From the NCBI GenBank assembly GCA_017654855.1, contig CM030332.1, forward strand, positions 5,270,001 to 5,334,000: DNA of 64,000 nt. The letters run 5' to 3'. The DNA comes from Podospora anserina (Eukaryota). How positions within the stretch are numbered: position 1 is the first letter of the stretch; every line of letters begins with the position of its first letter. Positions 36,924-48,600 of this stretch are shown piece after piece. The notes under the pieces were generated by a model. The model was not told where the DNA came from and ran no database searches. It was given only the letters and a program-made list of their open reading frames with translations. A program made the translations under genes and the position numbers.

Positions 36924-39397
36924 ATGTCCCTTGGAGGAGACACCACCACCGGGACCGCCCCAGAGCAGGGCGCCACTTCACCAATATCAGCGCCGCAGAC
37001 TCAGAGCGATGAACCGTCGCCACAGGTCCAAGATGTTCTTTCATCAGAGGTGCGCAGACTTGTTCTAGAGTTGGGAGCCAGGAGTCTGGAAGCTGACCCC
37101 GCATGTTGATCAGATCGGTATCTCGGTGATGTTAAACCGACTGAAGCAGAGCATTGCTTCGGCCAAGGTGCGATTCCTCTCCAATATTAGCCGGTAGCTT
37201 GAACAACTACTGACTTTTGCTTGTCTGGATGGTGTAGGAGTTTTCCAATTTCCTGAAGAAACGATCGGCGCTCGAGGATGAACATGCGAATTCGTTAAAG
37301 AAGATATGCCGGCAGTCACAAGAGAGTATGGCCCGATCCGAGCATCGTGGCGGATCTTTTGCGACAGCATACGAAGAGATGATGGTCATTCACGACCGAA
37401 TGGCGGACAACGGGCTGCAGTTTGCTATGTCCCTGCATCAGATGTCCGAGGACCTTCAGGAACTGGCTGCTATCGCCGAGAAGTCCAGAAAGGGATGGAA
37501 ACAAAATGGCCTATCTGCCGAACATCGCGTGGTTGAACTTGAGACGGCTATGAGGAAGTCCAAAGCCAAGTACGACTCTCTTGCTGAAGAATATGATCGG
37601 GCCCGCACCGGAGATACTACTGGGCGCCAGGGAGGCAAGGTGTTTGGGTTGAGGAGCCACAAGTCAGGCGCACAGCACGAGGAGGATCTGCTACGAAAGG
37701 CCCAAGTTGCGGATCAAGACTATCAGACAAAGGTGCAAGTTGCCCATACCGAACGAAAGGAGCTGCTTGAAAGGACGAGGCCTGAGACGGTCAAGGCGCT
37801 GCAAGATATCGTCAAGGAGTGTGATTCGGGGTTAGTGCTGCAGATGCAGAAATTTGGTAAGTGCGCTTTTTCATCTCTTTCTCGTTGACAAATATTGACA
37901 AAACATGTAGCCTCGTTCAATGAAAAACTGGTCCTCAGCAATGGCCTTAGTATCAGCCCCTTGAAGAATGGATCTGAGGGACGCAGTCTCCGCGAGTCGA
38001 TTCTGTCCATTGATAACGACAAGGATTTGAATGATTACCTGGCCAGCCAACATGCCAAGGTGCCGCCAAAGGCTTCTCTGCCGCAGTATGAACACAATCA
38101 TGTATGTCACGTTTCTGACAGTCATCTGCTCACACCTGCTAACATACCGTCCAGCTCATTGATGCCTCGACTCGTGCTCTAGCAACAACTTACACACAAA
38201 AACAGTCACAAACCCCTAGCTCTGCCCAGCCCCCGCTTCCACAACCCGGAATGTTTCAACAAAACGCGAGGACGAGCACTTTCTCTGAGACTGTTGCCAA
38301 TGTCCAAAACCAAGGCCCGTATGGTCATAACTATGGCCAGAGTACCAGCTCGATTCCCATATTAGGTAATCCCTCCTCTCAAGCACTGCACGAGAGGAGT
38401 TTCAGTCACGGGAGCGCAATGGGACCAGGACCTGGAGCGGCCAGCCAACAACAGTATGGACAGCGTGGTTCGACGCCCCAACAAACACAACCACCACCTG
38501 GGTCGAGATTTAATGGAGCATACAACTCTCCCTCGTCCCGCGACGGGCCTCCACAACTTGGTGCTCTTCCTTTCCAATCTTCTCAGCCCCAGCAGCCTCA
38601 ACAAACCAATTTCAGCCAGCTTCCTTCGCAGCAAACCGCCAGCGGCCCGGTATCCAACTCACTTCAACAACATCCGGTCGTCCCTCCGCAAGCTCATCGG
38701 AACTCGCCTCCCATTGCACCTCAGATGGCACCATCTCGTCCCGTGTTTGGTGTCAGTCTCACCAGATTGTACGAGCGGGATGGCTTGGCCGTGCCGATGG
38801 TGGTATATCAGTGCATCCAGGCGGTGGATTTGTTTGGTCTGAACGTTGAAGGCATCTATCGACTTTCGGGTTCTGTACCCGCCGTCAACAAGCTCAAGAC
38901 TCTGTTTGATACGGACTCGAGCTCCAGCAATCTCGACTTTAGAAACCCGGAGAACTTCTTCCATGATGTCAACAGTGTTGCTGGCTTGTTGAAGCAGTTC
39001 TTCCGGGATCTGCCTGATCCGCTGATGACGAGGGAGCATTACAGTGCCTGCATTGATGCAGCTAGTAAGTATCGCATGGTCTCTCTTCCATTGCTTATCA
39101 CTAACCAGTACACCAGAAAACGAAGATGACATTGTGCGTCGCGACTCGCTCCACGCAATCATAAACAACCTTCCGGACCCAAACTACGCCACACTTCGGG
39201 CTCTTACTCTGCATCTTCACAGGGTCATTGAGAATTCGGGGGCAAACCGCATGAGCTCGCAGAACCTGGCCATTGTGTTCGGTCCCACGCTCATGGGCAC
39301 GGCACCGGGGTCGGCCATAGCGGATGCTGGCTGGCAGGTGCGTGTTATTGACACGATCTTGCAGAACACGTTTCAGATTTTTGATGAAGATGACTGA
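36924..39397 (+). CDS. rgd1: F-BAR/RhoGAP protein Rgd1-like (6 exons)
   Basis: Exons 36924-37049, 37114-37167, 37238-37856, 37911-38101, 38155-39064, 39117-39397. FCH motif (LNRLKQSIASAKEFSNFLKKRS); RhoGAP motifs VFGVSL, EGIYRLSG, KQFFRDLPDPL, NRMSSQNLAIVFGPTL. Confidence 0.92.
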
Positions 39398-39829
39398 GTT
39401 GGTTTGGCGGGTCTGTAATATGGGATGTGTGTGTGTATCTACTCTTGATCATCACCTGTATTTGGGCAGCCCGGAGCGGGAAGGACTTTGCTTGTTTGAT
39501 CATGTTGGGGACGAGGGATTTGCATTGGCATGGCGGTGTTGTGTGTCGATATTTTGAAGGGCACAGCTTGTCGCCGAGGAAGATTTTGTACAGTTTCGAT
39601 GTAGCTACTTGGTGGAGATAGGGATGGGGCGATGGGAGTTTGTAGTGGCGGAATGTGATTGAAACAGATGTGTAGGTATGTTGGGGGCTATTTGGTCACC
39701 ATGGTAAGGTGGAAGTTGGGGTAGGGACATTGTGTAGGTTGCAGGACATATAGAATTCCCCTAGAATGCACTGTGGTAGAACAGAACCATGGGCCATTGT
39801 TCTACATCATGAAGCATACACCAATCAGA

Positions 39830-39903
39830 TCCTCTGTGGCGCAATTGGCTAGCGCGTCTGACTGTTAATCAGGAGGTTGGAAGTTCGAGCCTTCCCGGAG
39901 GAG
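39830..39903 (+). tRNA. tRNA-Asn (GTT)
   Basis: 74-nt cloverleaf: TCCTCTG/CGGAGGA acceptor, GCGC D stem, TCTGA-CTGTTAA-TCAGG anticodon arm, GGAAG-TTCGAGC-CTTCC T arm. Confidence 0.97.
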
Positions 39904-39907
39904 ATGC

Positions 39908-39912
39908 TTTTT
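39908..39912 (+). terminator. RNA polymerase III T-tract terminator
   Basis: TTTTT four nt after the tRNA end. Confidence 0.75.
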
Positions 39913-39997
39913 GGTCTGTTCCGTTCTTTTTTGGACCGTTTTCCATCAAACTGATTAATTTCCCACTTTCGGACCTCGCCAGCAAATGGGATTGGTG

Positions 39998-40461
39998 GAT
40001 CGAGTTTGCAACATGCCATTTCCATCTGCGTAAGGTGGGGTTCCTCTCGGCGGGATCGTGCACGTCATCGTTGCGGGATCCTTCTTTTTGGTGGTGAATC
40101 CGATCTGCGCTTGGCTTGGCCGGCTCGGCATCGCTACAATCGCCTGCAAACGACAAACGAATTGAAGGCTCGATCTGGATCTAGGGGGCGTTGCCAGGGG
40201 GTGAGGGTTGGATCGTAAACCTGTTATGGATATGGTGATGGATAAGGGAGGGAGAAGAGAGGGAAGGGTTTGGTTTAAATAGCTGATGTGGAAGGAGGTT
40301 GTTGTTGTTCAGGTTCCGGACTGCTTCTTGTATCACAACAACCACCTTTTTTATTTACTCGATCCGGCGACCGTTCAGGAACACATTGCTAGATGTTGGT
40401 TTGATTCTGCGCCGTCTCGAAGATTATTAGTGCCCGAGTTTCGGAAGCGGCGTTTGAGATC
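39998..40461. promoter_or_regulatory. Cluster of GATC motifs in the al-1 promoter (candidate White Collar light-response region)
   Basis: Nine GATC at 39998, 40054, 40077, 40102, 40172, 40178, 40211, 40361, 40458, against about 2 expected by chance. Confidence 0.5.
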
Positions 40462-40535
40462 GGCTTGCTTCTGCGGTTCCCCTTCTTCTCTCATACTTAC
40501 TTAGACTTCTGTTGTCGTTGCTCACTGCCGAAAAG

Positions 40536-42462
40536 ATGGCGAATGAGAAGCCAAGGACCGCGATTGTCATCGGTAAGACAGTTTTCTCTGAACGTGAGAC
40601 ACGACAGGATTACTGACACTACTTACTACAGGCGCTGGAGCTGGTGGAATTGCCATTTCTGCTCGTTTGGCAAAGGCGGGGTTGAAGGTCACGGTTCTGG
40701 AAAAGAACGACTTCACGGGTGGGAGATGCAGTATCTTCAGGTCCAAGGCCGGGTTTCGTTTTGACCAAGGCCCTTCGTTGCTGCTGCTGCCAAACTTGTT
40801 TCGTGAGACTTTTGCGGATTTCGGCACCACACTCGAGGCTGAGGGTGTAGAGCTGCTACAGTGCTTTCCCAATTATGATGTTTGTATACCCCCCTACCAC
40901 GTTATTGCTAGTAGCGTACTAACGTTGCCCAGATTTGGTTCTCTGATGGCGCTGTCTTCAGGAGCAGCACTGACACAGCTGCCATGAAAAGAGAGATCGA
41001 GAAGTGGGAGGGGCCAGATGGTTTTCAACGGTATCTCAACTGGCTGGCAGAAGCTCACGGTCACTACGAGATCAGCCTGCAGCACGTCCTACATCGCAAC
41101 TTCACCAACCACGCCCAGCTTGCCGACCCAACTTTCGTCGCACCCACCATCGCCCTTCACCCGCTCGAAAGCATCTGGAGCCGAACCACTCGTTACTTCT
41201 GGTCAGACCGTCTCCGGAGAGTATTCACCTTCGCCACCATGTACATGGGCATGTCACCTTACGACGCCCCCAGCACCTACAGTCTTCTGCAGTACACCGA
41301 GCTTGCCGAAGGCATCTGGTACCCCAAAGGCGGCTTTCAAACCATCCTCGCGGCCATCGAACGTATTGGCCGTCGTCTAGGCGTGCAATACCGCCTCAAC
41401 ACCCCCGTAGCTAAAGTCCTAACTGGCGGACCAGACGGCAAGACCGCCACGGGAGTCCTTCTGGAGTCTGGTGAGAAGCTGGAGGCCGACCTCGTCATTG
41501 TGAACGCTGATCTTGTTTACGCCTACAACAACCTCTTCCCTCAAGAATCCGAGAACAAATCCGTCGGCCCAACAATCACCCCTTACGCCAAGGACCTCTC
41601 CAAGCGTGAAGCCTCCTGCAGCTCCATCTCCTTCTACTGGAGTTTCTCCAAAAAGATCCCCGAGCTGGGCACCCACAACATTTTTCTCGCGGATGAGTAC
41701 AAAGAGTCGTTTGATGCCATTTTCAAAAGGCACACTCTCCCATCTGATCCATCTTTCGTATGCCCCCTTCTTCCACAAACCATTCACTAACATGTCTCCA
41801 AGTACATCAACGTCCCCTCCCGCGTCGACCCAACAGCCGCACCCCCAGACAAGGACGCCGTAATCTGCCTCATCCCCGTAGGCCACCTCTCCGCCACGCA
41901 CCCGGCCTCCTCCTGGCCCTCCCTCGTCGCCTCGGCCAAAAAGGCCGTCCTGGCCACGGTAGAGAAGCGCACCGGCCTCAAGAACCTCGAATCGTTGATC
42001 ATGGAGGAAACGATCAACTCTCCCCCCGAATGGCAGGCCAAATTCAACCTCGACCGCGGCGCCATCCTGGGCCTGTCCCACTCCTTCTTCAACGTCCTCT
42101 CCTTCCGCCCGAGGACGAGGGCGAAGGGGGTGAGGAATGCGTACTTTGTCGGGGCGAGCACGCACCCTGGCACGGGGGTTCCGATTGTCCTTGCCGGGGC
42201 GAAGATTACGGCGGAGCAGATCTTGGGGGATAAGAAGATGGAGGTTCCTTGGGTGCCGCTGAGGGAGTGGAAGGGGGATGTGCAGGCGAAGCAGGGGAAT
42301 GAAAAGAGGGGGGGGGGGAGGTTGGATTTGGCGAAGAGGCCGTTGTGGACGGATGATTGGAATTTGTTTTTGTGGAGTGTGATTGGGTTATTGGGGGTGG
42401 TGGTTGTTTTCCTTGCTGGACCGGCTGCTTGGGGGAACGGGGGGTTTGTGGGGGATTGGTAA
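40536..42462 (+). CDS. al-1: Phytoene desaturase (CrtI-type; albino-1/CarB), 4 exons
   Basis: Exons 40536-40572, 40632-40879, 40933-41757, 41803-42462. VIGAGAGG dinucleotide fold, FRFDQGPS, EGIWYPKGG, YINVPSRVDP, CrtI signature YFVGASTHPGTGVPIVLAGA, C-terminal hydrophobic helix. Confidence 0.96.
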
Positions 42463-43186
42463 AGGGTAATGATAATATGGGGGGAACCATGGGCGTGGGA
42501 TTTTCTTTTTCGGGGAGTTATGGTTTTGGGTCGGGGTTTTGTGTACTTATTTCTGCTTATAGAAAGCTTGTTTGTACTTGCTTCGGAGGATCAAGACTTG
42601 TTCGACACTTGCGGAGAATGTTGCAATGTGGTCGAGGGCAACGGTCCTCTCGATTGTTTGTTTGCTTTCTCATCACCACAACCACAGCATCGTACATCAA
42701 CGGCCAAAAGAAAATTAAGACACCCACCCACCCGTCAGTGACTTCCAAAGGTACCAACTATCCAGCACAAAATGGCAAAAAATCAAAAAGCTCACCAAGC
42801 CACCTAGGGTGGACTCGATTACGAAAACCCCCAAAGGTTTTACCCCAAGAAAGACTCAAACGGACACCCCTCTTGGTGACTCTTTGGTCCTTACCCAAGT
42901 CGGTGCCGCAACTCCCACACACTGCTAAGCCATTTGGCAAGAGCAGAGCCAGGAGTTTCGTTCGGTGAAAAGAGCAGTGGTTGACCTAATATGTAAACCG
43001 TGCATTCGTGGGGTTGCTCTGCTTTTGTTCGCCACTTTCCCACGACCTCATCTTCTCTCCTCGCAGCTAGCTGTCTTCTGTGTGGCCCCTGCTTGAACAA
43101 ACGGTATTCAACATTACAAGAAGGCAACTCCCCTCTTCTATCTTCAATATGTCAACAAGGGTCTAGCCCACAAACATATCATAAAT

Positions 43187-44512
43187 CTACAACTTCGACT
43201 CCTTCGCTTCCTTTTCAGGCGGCTGCAACCTCACAAGACCCTGCCACACAGCGTTAGCATTCGTCACGTCACTCTCGAAGCAGAAAAAGACTCACCTCCT
43301 GCACACAAGTAGCCAACAACGTCCCGTCCTTTGCAAAAATCTTCTGCATCACCACCCCCCTCCCATCCCCCGCCCACGGACTCTCCATCTCATTCATCAT
43401 CCACTCATCCGCCTTGACCCTCTTCGGCTCATGGAAATAAATCGTATGGTCCAAGCTCACCATCATGCCCAACGTCGGTCGTCCAGCCATATCCCTCGGA
43501 TCATCACCCATCCCCTCCCACTGATGCAGCGTCCTGACCTTCTCCTGCATGTCGGGCTTCAGCTTGTCAAAGTCTTCTGGTTTGAACTGGGGGAACCTCC
43601 ACAGGTTATGAAGTCTAGTTACGGTGCCGATGAAGTAGCTGTCGCTGATGTAGGCCAACGCCTCGAGATGGGCGGCAGTGCCACCGGTGATTTTCCCTCT
43701 TGACCGCAGCCATTGGCGTGTCTTTTTATCGCGGGGATTGGTGGACGTGCCGCTGGGGGAAATGATTTGGATCTGTGTTCCTTGGAAGGGGCCTTGGGTC
43801 ATGGAGGGGGGTTCACCGTCGTAGTCGTCGGGCGGGGGCTGGACGGGGAGTTTGGTGACTGGATCGATGGGCATAGCGCTGGAGTGGGAGACTTGTGTTC
43901 CCGGGGCACCGGAGGAGCCATCCTTGACAAAGGAGATGGTGGTGGTGAAGATGCAGCGGCCCCGTTGGCGGGCCTGGACGGTGCGAGTTGCGAAGCTGCG
44001 GCCGTCGCGGACCTGCTCAACGTGGAAGAGGATGGGGAGGTTGGAGGCGCCGGCGAGGAGGAAGTAACAGTGGCAGGAGTGGGGGAGGAAGTCGTCGGCT
44101 ACGGTGCGCTGAGCGGCGGCGAGGCACATGGCGATTACGGCACCGCCGTAAATGCCACGAGCTCCCGGCGGGTGCCAGGGTTTGCGGGCATTGGTGAAGA
44201 TGTTCTGGGGGCGGAGGTTAGCATTTTGGATGGCTCGTATTGGTGGTTCTGTGAGGTGGAGAAGGATTGGGTGTGAGAATCACGGCTTATGGCACATGAG
44301 GCCATCCGGGAAAGATATCCCGGTTGGAATGATTCTCATGAGACCCAATGGAGGCGGTGAGATTGAGATATCCATGACTTGCCGTCGGCAAGTCAGCCAC
44401 TCTCACTTACAGGACCTAACACAGCCAACTCTGTCACTTCCAAGACATTTTCAATGGGCGCCTTGTTGGGGTCGGGAGGTGGCGGCCTGAGCAATGTTGC
44501 GCGGTTCTCCAT
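43187..44512 (-). CDS. tes1: Peroxisomal acyl-CoA thioesterase II (TesB/ACOT8 family), 3 exons, PTS1 SKL
   Basis: Exons 44512-44411, 44204-43296, 43240-43187. RGIYGGAV, HSCHCYFL, RDGRSFATRTV, AYISD, SLDHTIYFH, CVQEGLVR; spliced C-terminus ends KESKL-stop. Confidence 0.93.
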
Positions 44513-44771
44513 GGTGCGGGTGGCCCGGATATCTTGTCGCGCTCCTATATATATAACGAAATACCACCAAGTGAGTGATTGCACAAGACTGGTGGTGATT
44601 CGGAGGACGGTGCGGCGTGCAAAACAGTCAAAAAGACACAGGCAAGAGAAAACAGCAGGCAATGAGATAAGGCGAATGGTGATATTACAGGACAGGAAAC
44701 AGTGTTTTCCTTTTAAAAGAACAAGCGCGGCTTGGAGCTGATGGGTTGGAGATAATCCCAACGTTGCTTTT

Positions 44772-44787
44772 ACCGAGGCTCCTCGGT
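44772..44787. promoter_or_regulatory. Inverted pair of FarA/FarB-type CCTCGG sites upstream of tes1
   Basis: ACCGAGG-CT-CCTCGGT perfect inverted repeat about 260 bp upstream of the tes1 ATG. Confidence 0.6.
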
Positions 44788-45655
44788 GCTGGCTGCCGTT
44801 AGAGAGAAGTTCGGTCGGTAACAGCCGTCGCAGCCCTGAGGTGGCACGCCCAGGCCTGTGTCATTGCCAACCCTGCCAGTGGAGGAACCCCCGAACCTGG
44901 TCCTGGACCCTGGGGTTGTTTAGTTGAATACCGATAGGGGTACTTTGATAGAAGGGTACTGAACATGGATGGTCAGTGTCAGTGTGTGAATCTCATCTTA
45001 AATCGAGTCTGAGAGCTTTTTTACTTTTCTAGAACGCAATTTCAAATCTCTATTAAATTGAAGCAGTTCCACCTCACGTCCAAAGTGCTATTTATTCTCA
45101 TATGAGTTCATGTTCTTGATGGCTGTGGCTCAAAATGCTGCCTACAAGCATATTCAATAAAGATGCTATTTTGGGCCATGTCGTTTTGAAACCCCAGGCG
45201 CAGGTTTCAGCGTCTCACCCCGCTAAACTCCACTGCCAACAGCACACTCGGCCGCCGGGCCAACCTGTCTGACAGGGTGACAGCTCGAGAACACGTGAAG
45301 GGGGGCGGGGCAACAGAATTCCAGACGGACAACGTCATTTGGCATCGTGGGTCAGGGATGCAGTGAAATGCGGCCATGCTGGTCAAAAGCAACAACTCCG
45401 CTCTCCACTCCAGTCCACCTCCACCCCCTATCTACGACTTTATCTCTGCGAGAGAGTATTCGTAGCTGTGTATTGTTTGAAACCAATAATAGTCACCGCC
45501 TCCCTACCGACGGTGCGACTCCGAGCTCGGTGCACCACGGGCAGACGGACGAGCAACAGCCCATCAACTCGGAAGTGCCTCATTAGCCGCCCGACCGCAC
45601 GAACACAACGGTTGCTAGACTTGGGAAGCTCAGAGCTAGAACCCAACCTACAGTC

Positions 45656-48600
45656 ATGTCGGACGCGGGGGAGAGGTAAGAAAGACAGATAGCTCCTTTG
45701 CTAAGAAACCCTAATCGAAATCCATCCTCGTTGCTCCGAGCTCCGAGCTCCATAGCTTTGCTGGACAACCTGCTGACGACGGGTGTTTGTTATCTCTAGT
45801 TCGCATCGACGAACGAAATCCTCTGCCCTTTCACTCCTGAGACGCAAAGCTACTGGCGGTGCCGGTGACGACAACATGTCTACAGCTTCGGTCGAGGACA
45901 CTGGCGCAGCGAGCACCAGTCTTGCCGGCGATTCGACTACCGCAACATCCCACGCATCTCTTACCAACGCCCACCAACATTCCAGGGGCCACAGCTCCAA
46001 GCTCTCAGTCTCTGGGAGCACCATGGGCCGTACACCATCACACAATGCCCCTTCGGTTAGCGGGGCTAAGTCTCCCAATCCGCTGGACAAGGGCGCCTCC
46101 CTTGAGTCATCCGTCAGAAAGTTCCGCATCGTTGAAGCTCTCCGCAACGGTGACACTGCCTCCATCTCCAAAGCCATCCGTGAAAGCGCCGAAGGGGGTC
46201 CCCGCACGAGCACCTCATCCTTCAACACAACAACCGGCCCCCTCGAAGATACCACAATACTTCACCTCGCCATCCAGTGTGCCGAGCAGCCCGTTGTTGA
46301 GTACGTTCTGTCTGACGGCGCTGGTTCTCTTGATATCAATGCTCGGGACAAGGATGGAAATACACCCCTTCATATCGCGGCAGCTCAGGGCCGTAGCCAC
46401 GTGGTTGGACTCCTTCTAGCAAACAAGGAGATCAACGATGCCATCGCCAATAACCAGGGCCGCCTTCCAATCGATCTTGCCCGCAATCCCGAAATCTTCC
46501 AGCAGCTGCAGCTCTCGAGATCTCTGTTTGCTGAAAACAAGATCAGGCAAGTTCAGGATCTCATTCTCCACGGCGAGTTCAAAGTCTTGGAGCAGGTGTT
46601 GGAGGAACCTCGTTTCAAGACAGTTTTGGATATCAACAGTACCGAATTTGCTTCGGACCCAGTTACAGTCCAGGCTGGGGGCACCCTCTTGCACGAAGCC
46701 GCACGCGCCAAAAACACTCGTCTAATTCAAGTTTTGCTTCTGCATGGCGCCGACCCCTTCCGCCGGGACCGCAAGGGCAAGCTCCCGCAAGATGTTACCA
46801 AGGACGAGATCACACGTGCCATGCTGAAGAAGTCACCAGCTGCCGTAGCGGCGCAAAGGGGGATCCAAGAGAAGGCCGTCCTGGGGTCTGCTGCCCAAGG
46901 CGTTATCAACGCGACTCCTGGTGATCCGCTTGCTGGCCGAGAGGCCCGTGAAATGAAAGGCTACCTCAAGAAGTGGACCAACTATAGAAAGGGGTATCAG
47001 CTGCGGTGGTTTGTTCTGGAGGACGGCGTGTTGAGCTACTACAAGCACCAAGATGATGCAGGCTCAGCCTGCCGTGGTGCTATCAACATGCGCATCGCCA
47101 AGCTTCACATGAGCGCTGATGAGAAGACCAAGTTTGAGATCATCGGGAAGTCATCGGTCAAGTACACACTCAAGGCGAACCACGAAGTCGAAGCTAAGCG
47201 CTGGTTCTGGGCCCTCAACAACTCGATTCAGTGGACGAAAGACCAGGCTAAGGAGGAAGAGAGACAAAAGGCCCATAACGCGGAGTTGCTGAAGCAGGCC
47301 AAAGCCGAGATTTCGGGTACTAGTATCTCTGAGCCACCTAGCGAGAACGCGAGCTACATTGAGCCCCGCGGCAGCATCCAGCTTTCACGGATGCACTCTT
47401 CCGGCAAGTCTCACAAGAGCGGACTTCATGGGGCTGGCACTGTGGACAGCCATGATGATGACGAATTTGCTGACGCGGCGACGGAGGCTGGCAAGACTGA
47501 TCATCACGGCGAAGGTGATTATGAAGATGATGACTATGGTGAGGGTTCGAGTGGGCAGGATGCTCCGCCAGTGAATAAGGATGCTTTCAACATCACTGCC
47601 CAGTCGGCTAAGCTGCAGCTCGATACCATGGCACACGTCACAGCCGCACTACTTCAGGAGGCGAGCAAGAATCCCAGCCTGACTCTGGGCGATACTAAGG
47701 CCTCGCAAGCTCTGTCGACTTATGACGCCGCCATCCGCTCGCTTACTGGGCTTATTGGTGACCTTTTGCGCATCTCAAAGGACCGTGATGCCTACTGGCA
47801 GTATCGCCTTGACCGCGAAAGTGAGATGCGCCGGATGTGGGAAGACAGCATGGCCCAGGTAGCCAAGGAGCAAGAGTCCCTTGAGGCTCGCGTCAGTGAG
47901 GCTGAGGCCAAGAGAAAAGCTACCAAGCGCATCCTCAAACAGGCTGTTGAGACCGGCATTCTTGACGAGAGCCAGACACTACCACCACCTGCTGCTTCCA
48001 CTTCTGCTGCTGCTACTCCAGCTATCGCTGCCACCACCGCTCCTCAGGATAGCACTCAGGTGGAGACGGCGGCAGCAGACTCTGTGAGCGCAAAGTCCCC
48101 CGCCCTGGGAGGCCTTTCGAGACGTGAGACGGTGATTACCCAGATCGCCGACATCTCGGATTCAGAGTCAGACGAGGAGGAGTTCTTCGATGCAGTTGAT
48201 GCCGGCCAGGTCGAAGTATCGCAGTTGCCACCGTCCGAGATCGCGGAAGCCAAGAGTGAAAACCAGATCGTTGTGTCGGGTGAGAACGACATCAGCGATG
48301 CCTTCAAGGGGTACGAAAATGGCATTCGAACCCGTCTGAAGATGGAAGCAGATAATAGGCCCAAGATTTCACTCTGGGTAAGTTTCATGCGGCAGGCAGC
48401 ATTCGAAACTTTCCAGCTAACTGTCTGTAGGGTATTCTGAAATCTATGATCGGAAAGGATATGACCAAAATGACCCTCCCCGTATCTTTCAACGAACCTA
48501 CCTCTCTTCTGTACCGCTGCGGCGAGGACATGGAGTATGCCGACCTTTTGGATCTTGCGGCCGACCGCTCTGATTCGATTGAGCGTCTGCTCTACGTTTC

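Noticed and set aside
40536-44512. Possible carotenoid gene cluster around al-1
   Set aside because: No phytoene synthase/cyclase, carotenoid oxygenase or opsin in the window; the neighbours are housekeeping genes.
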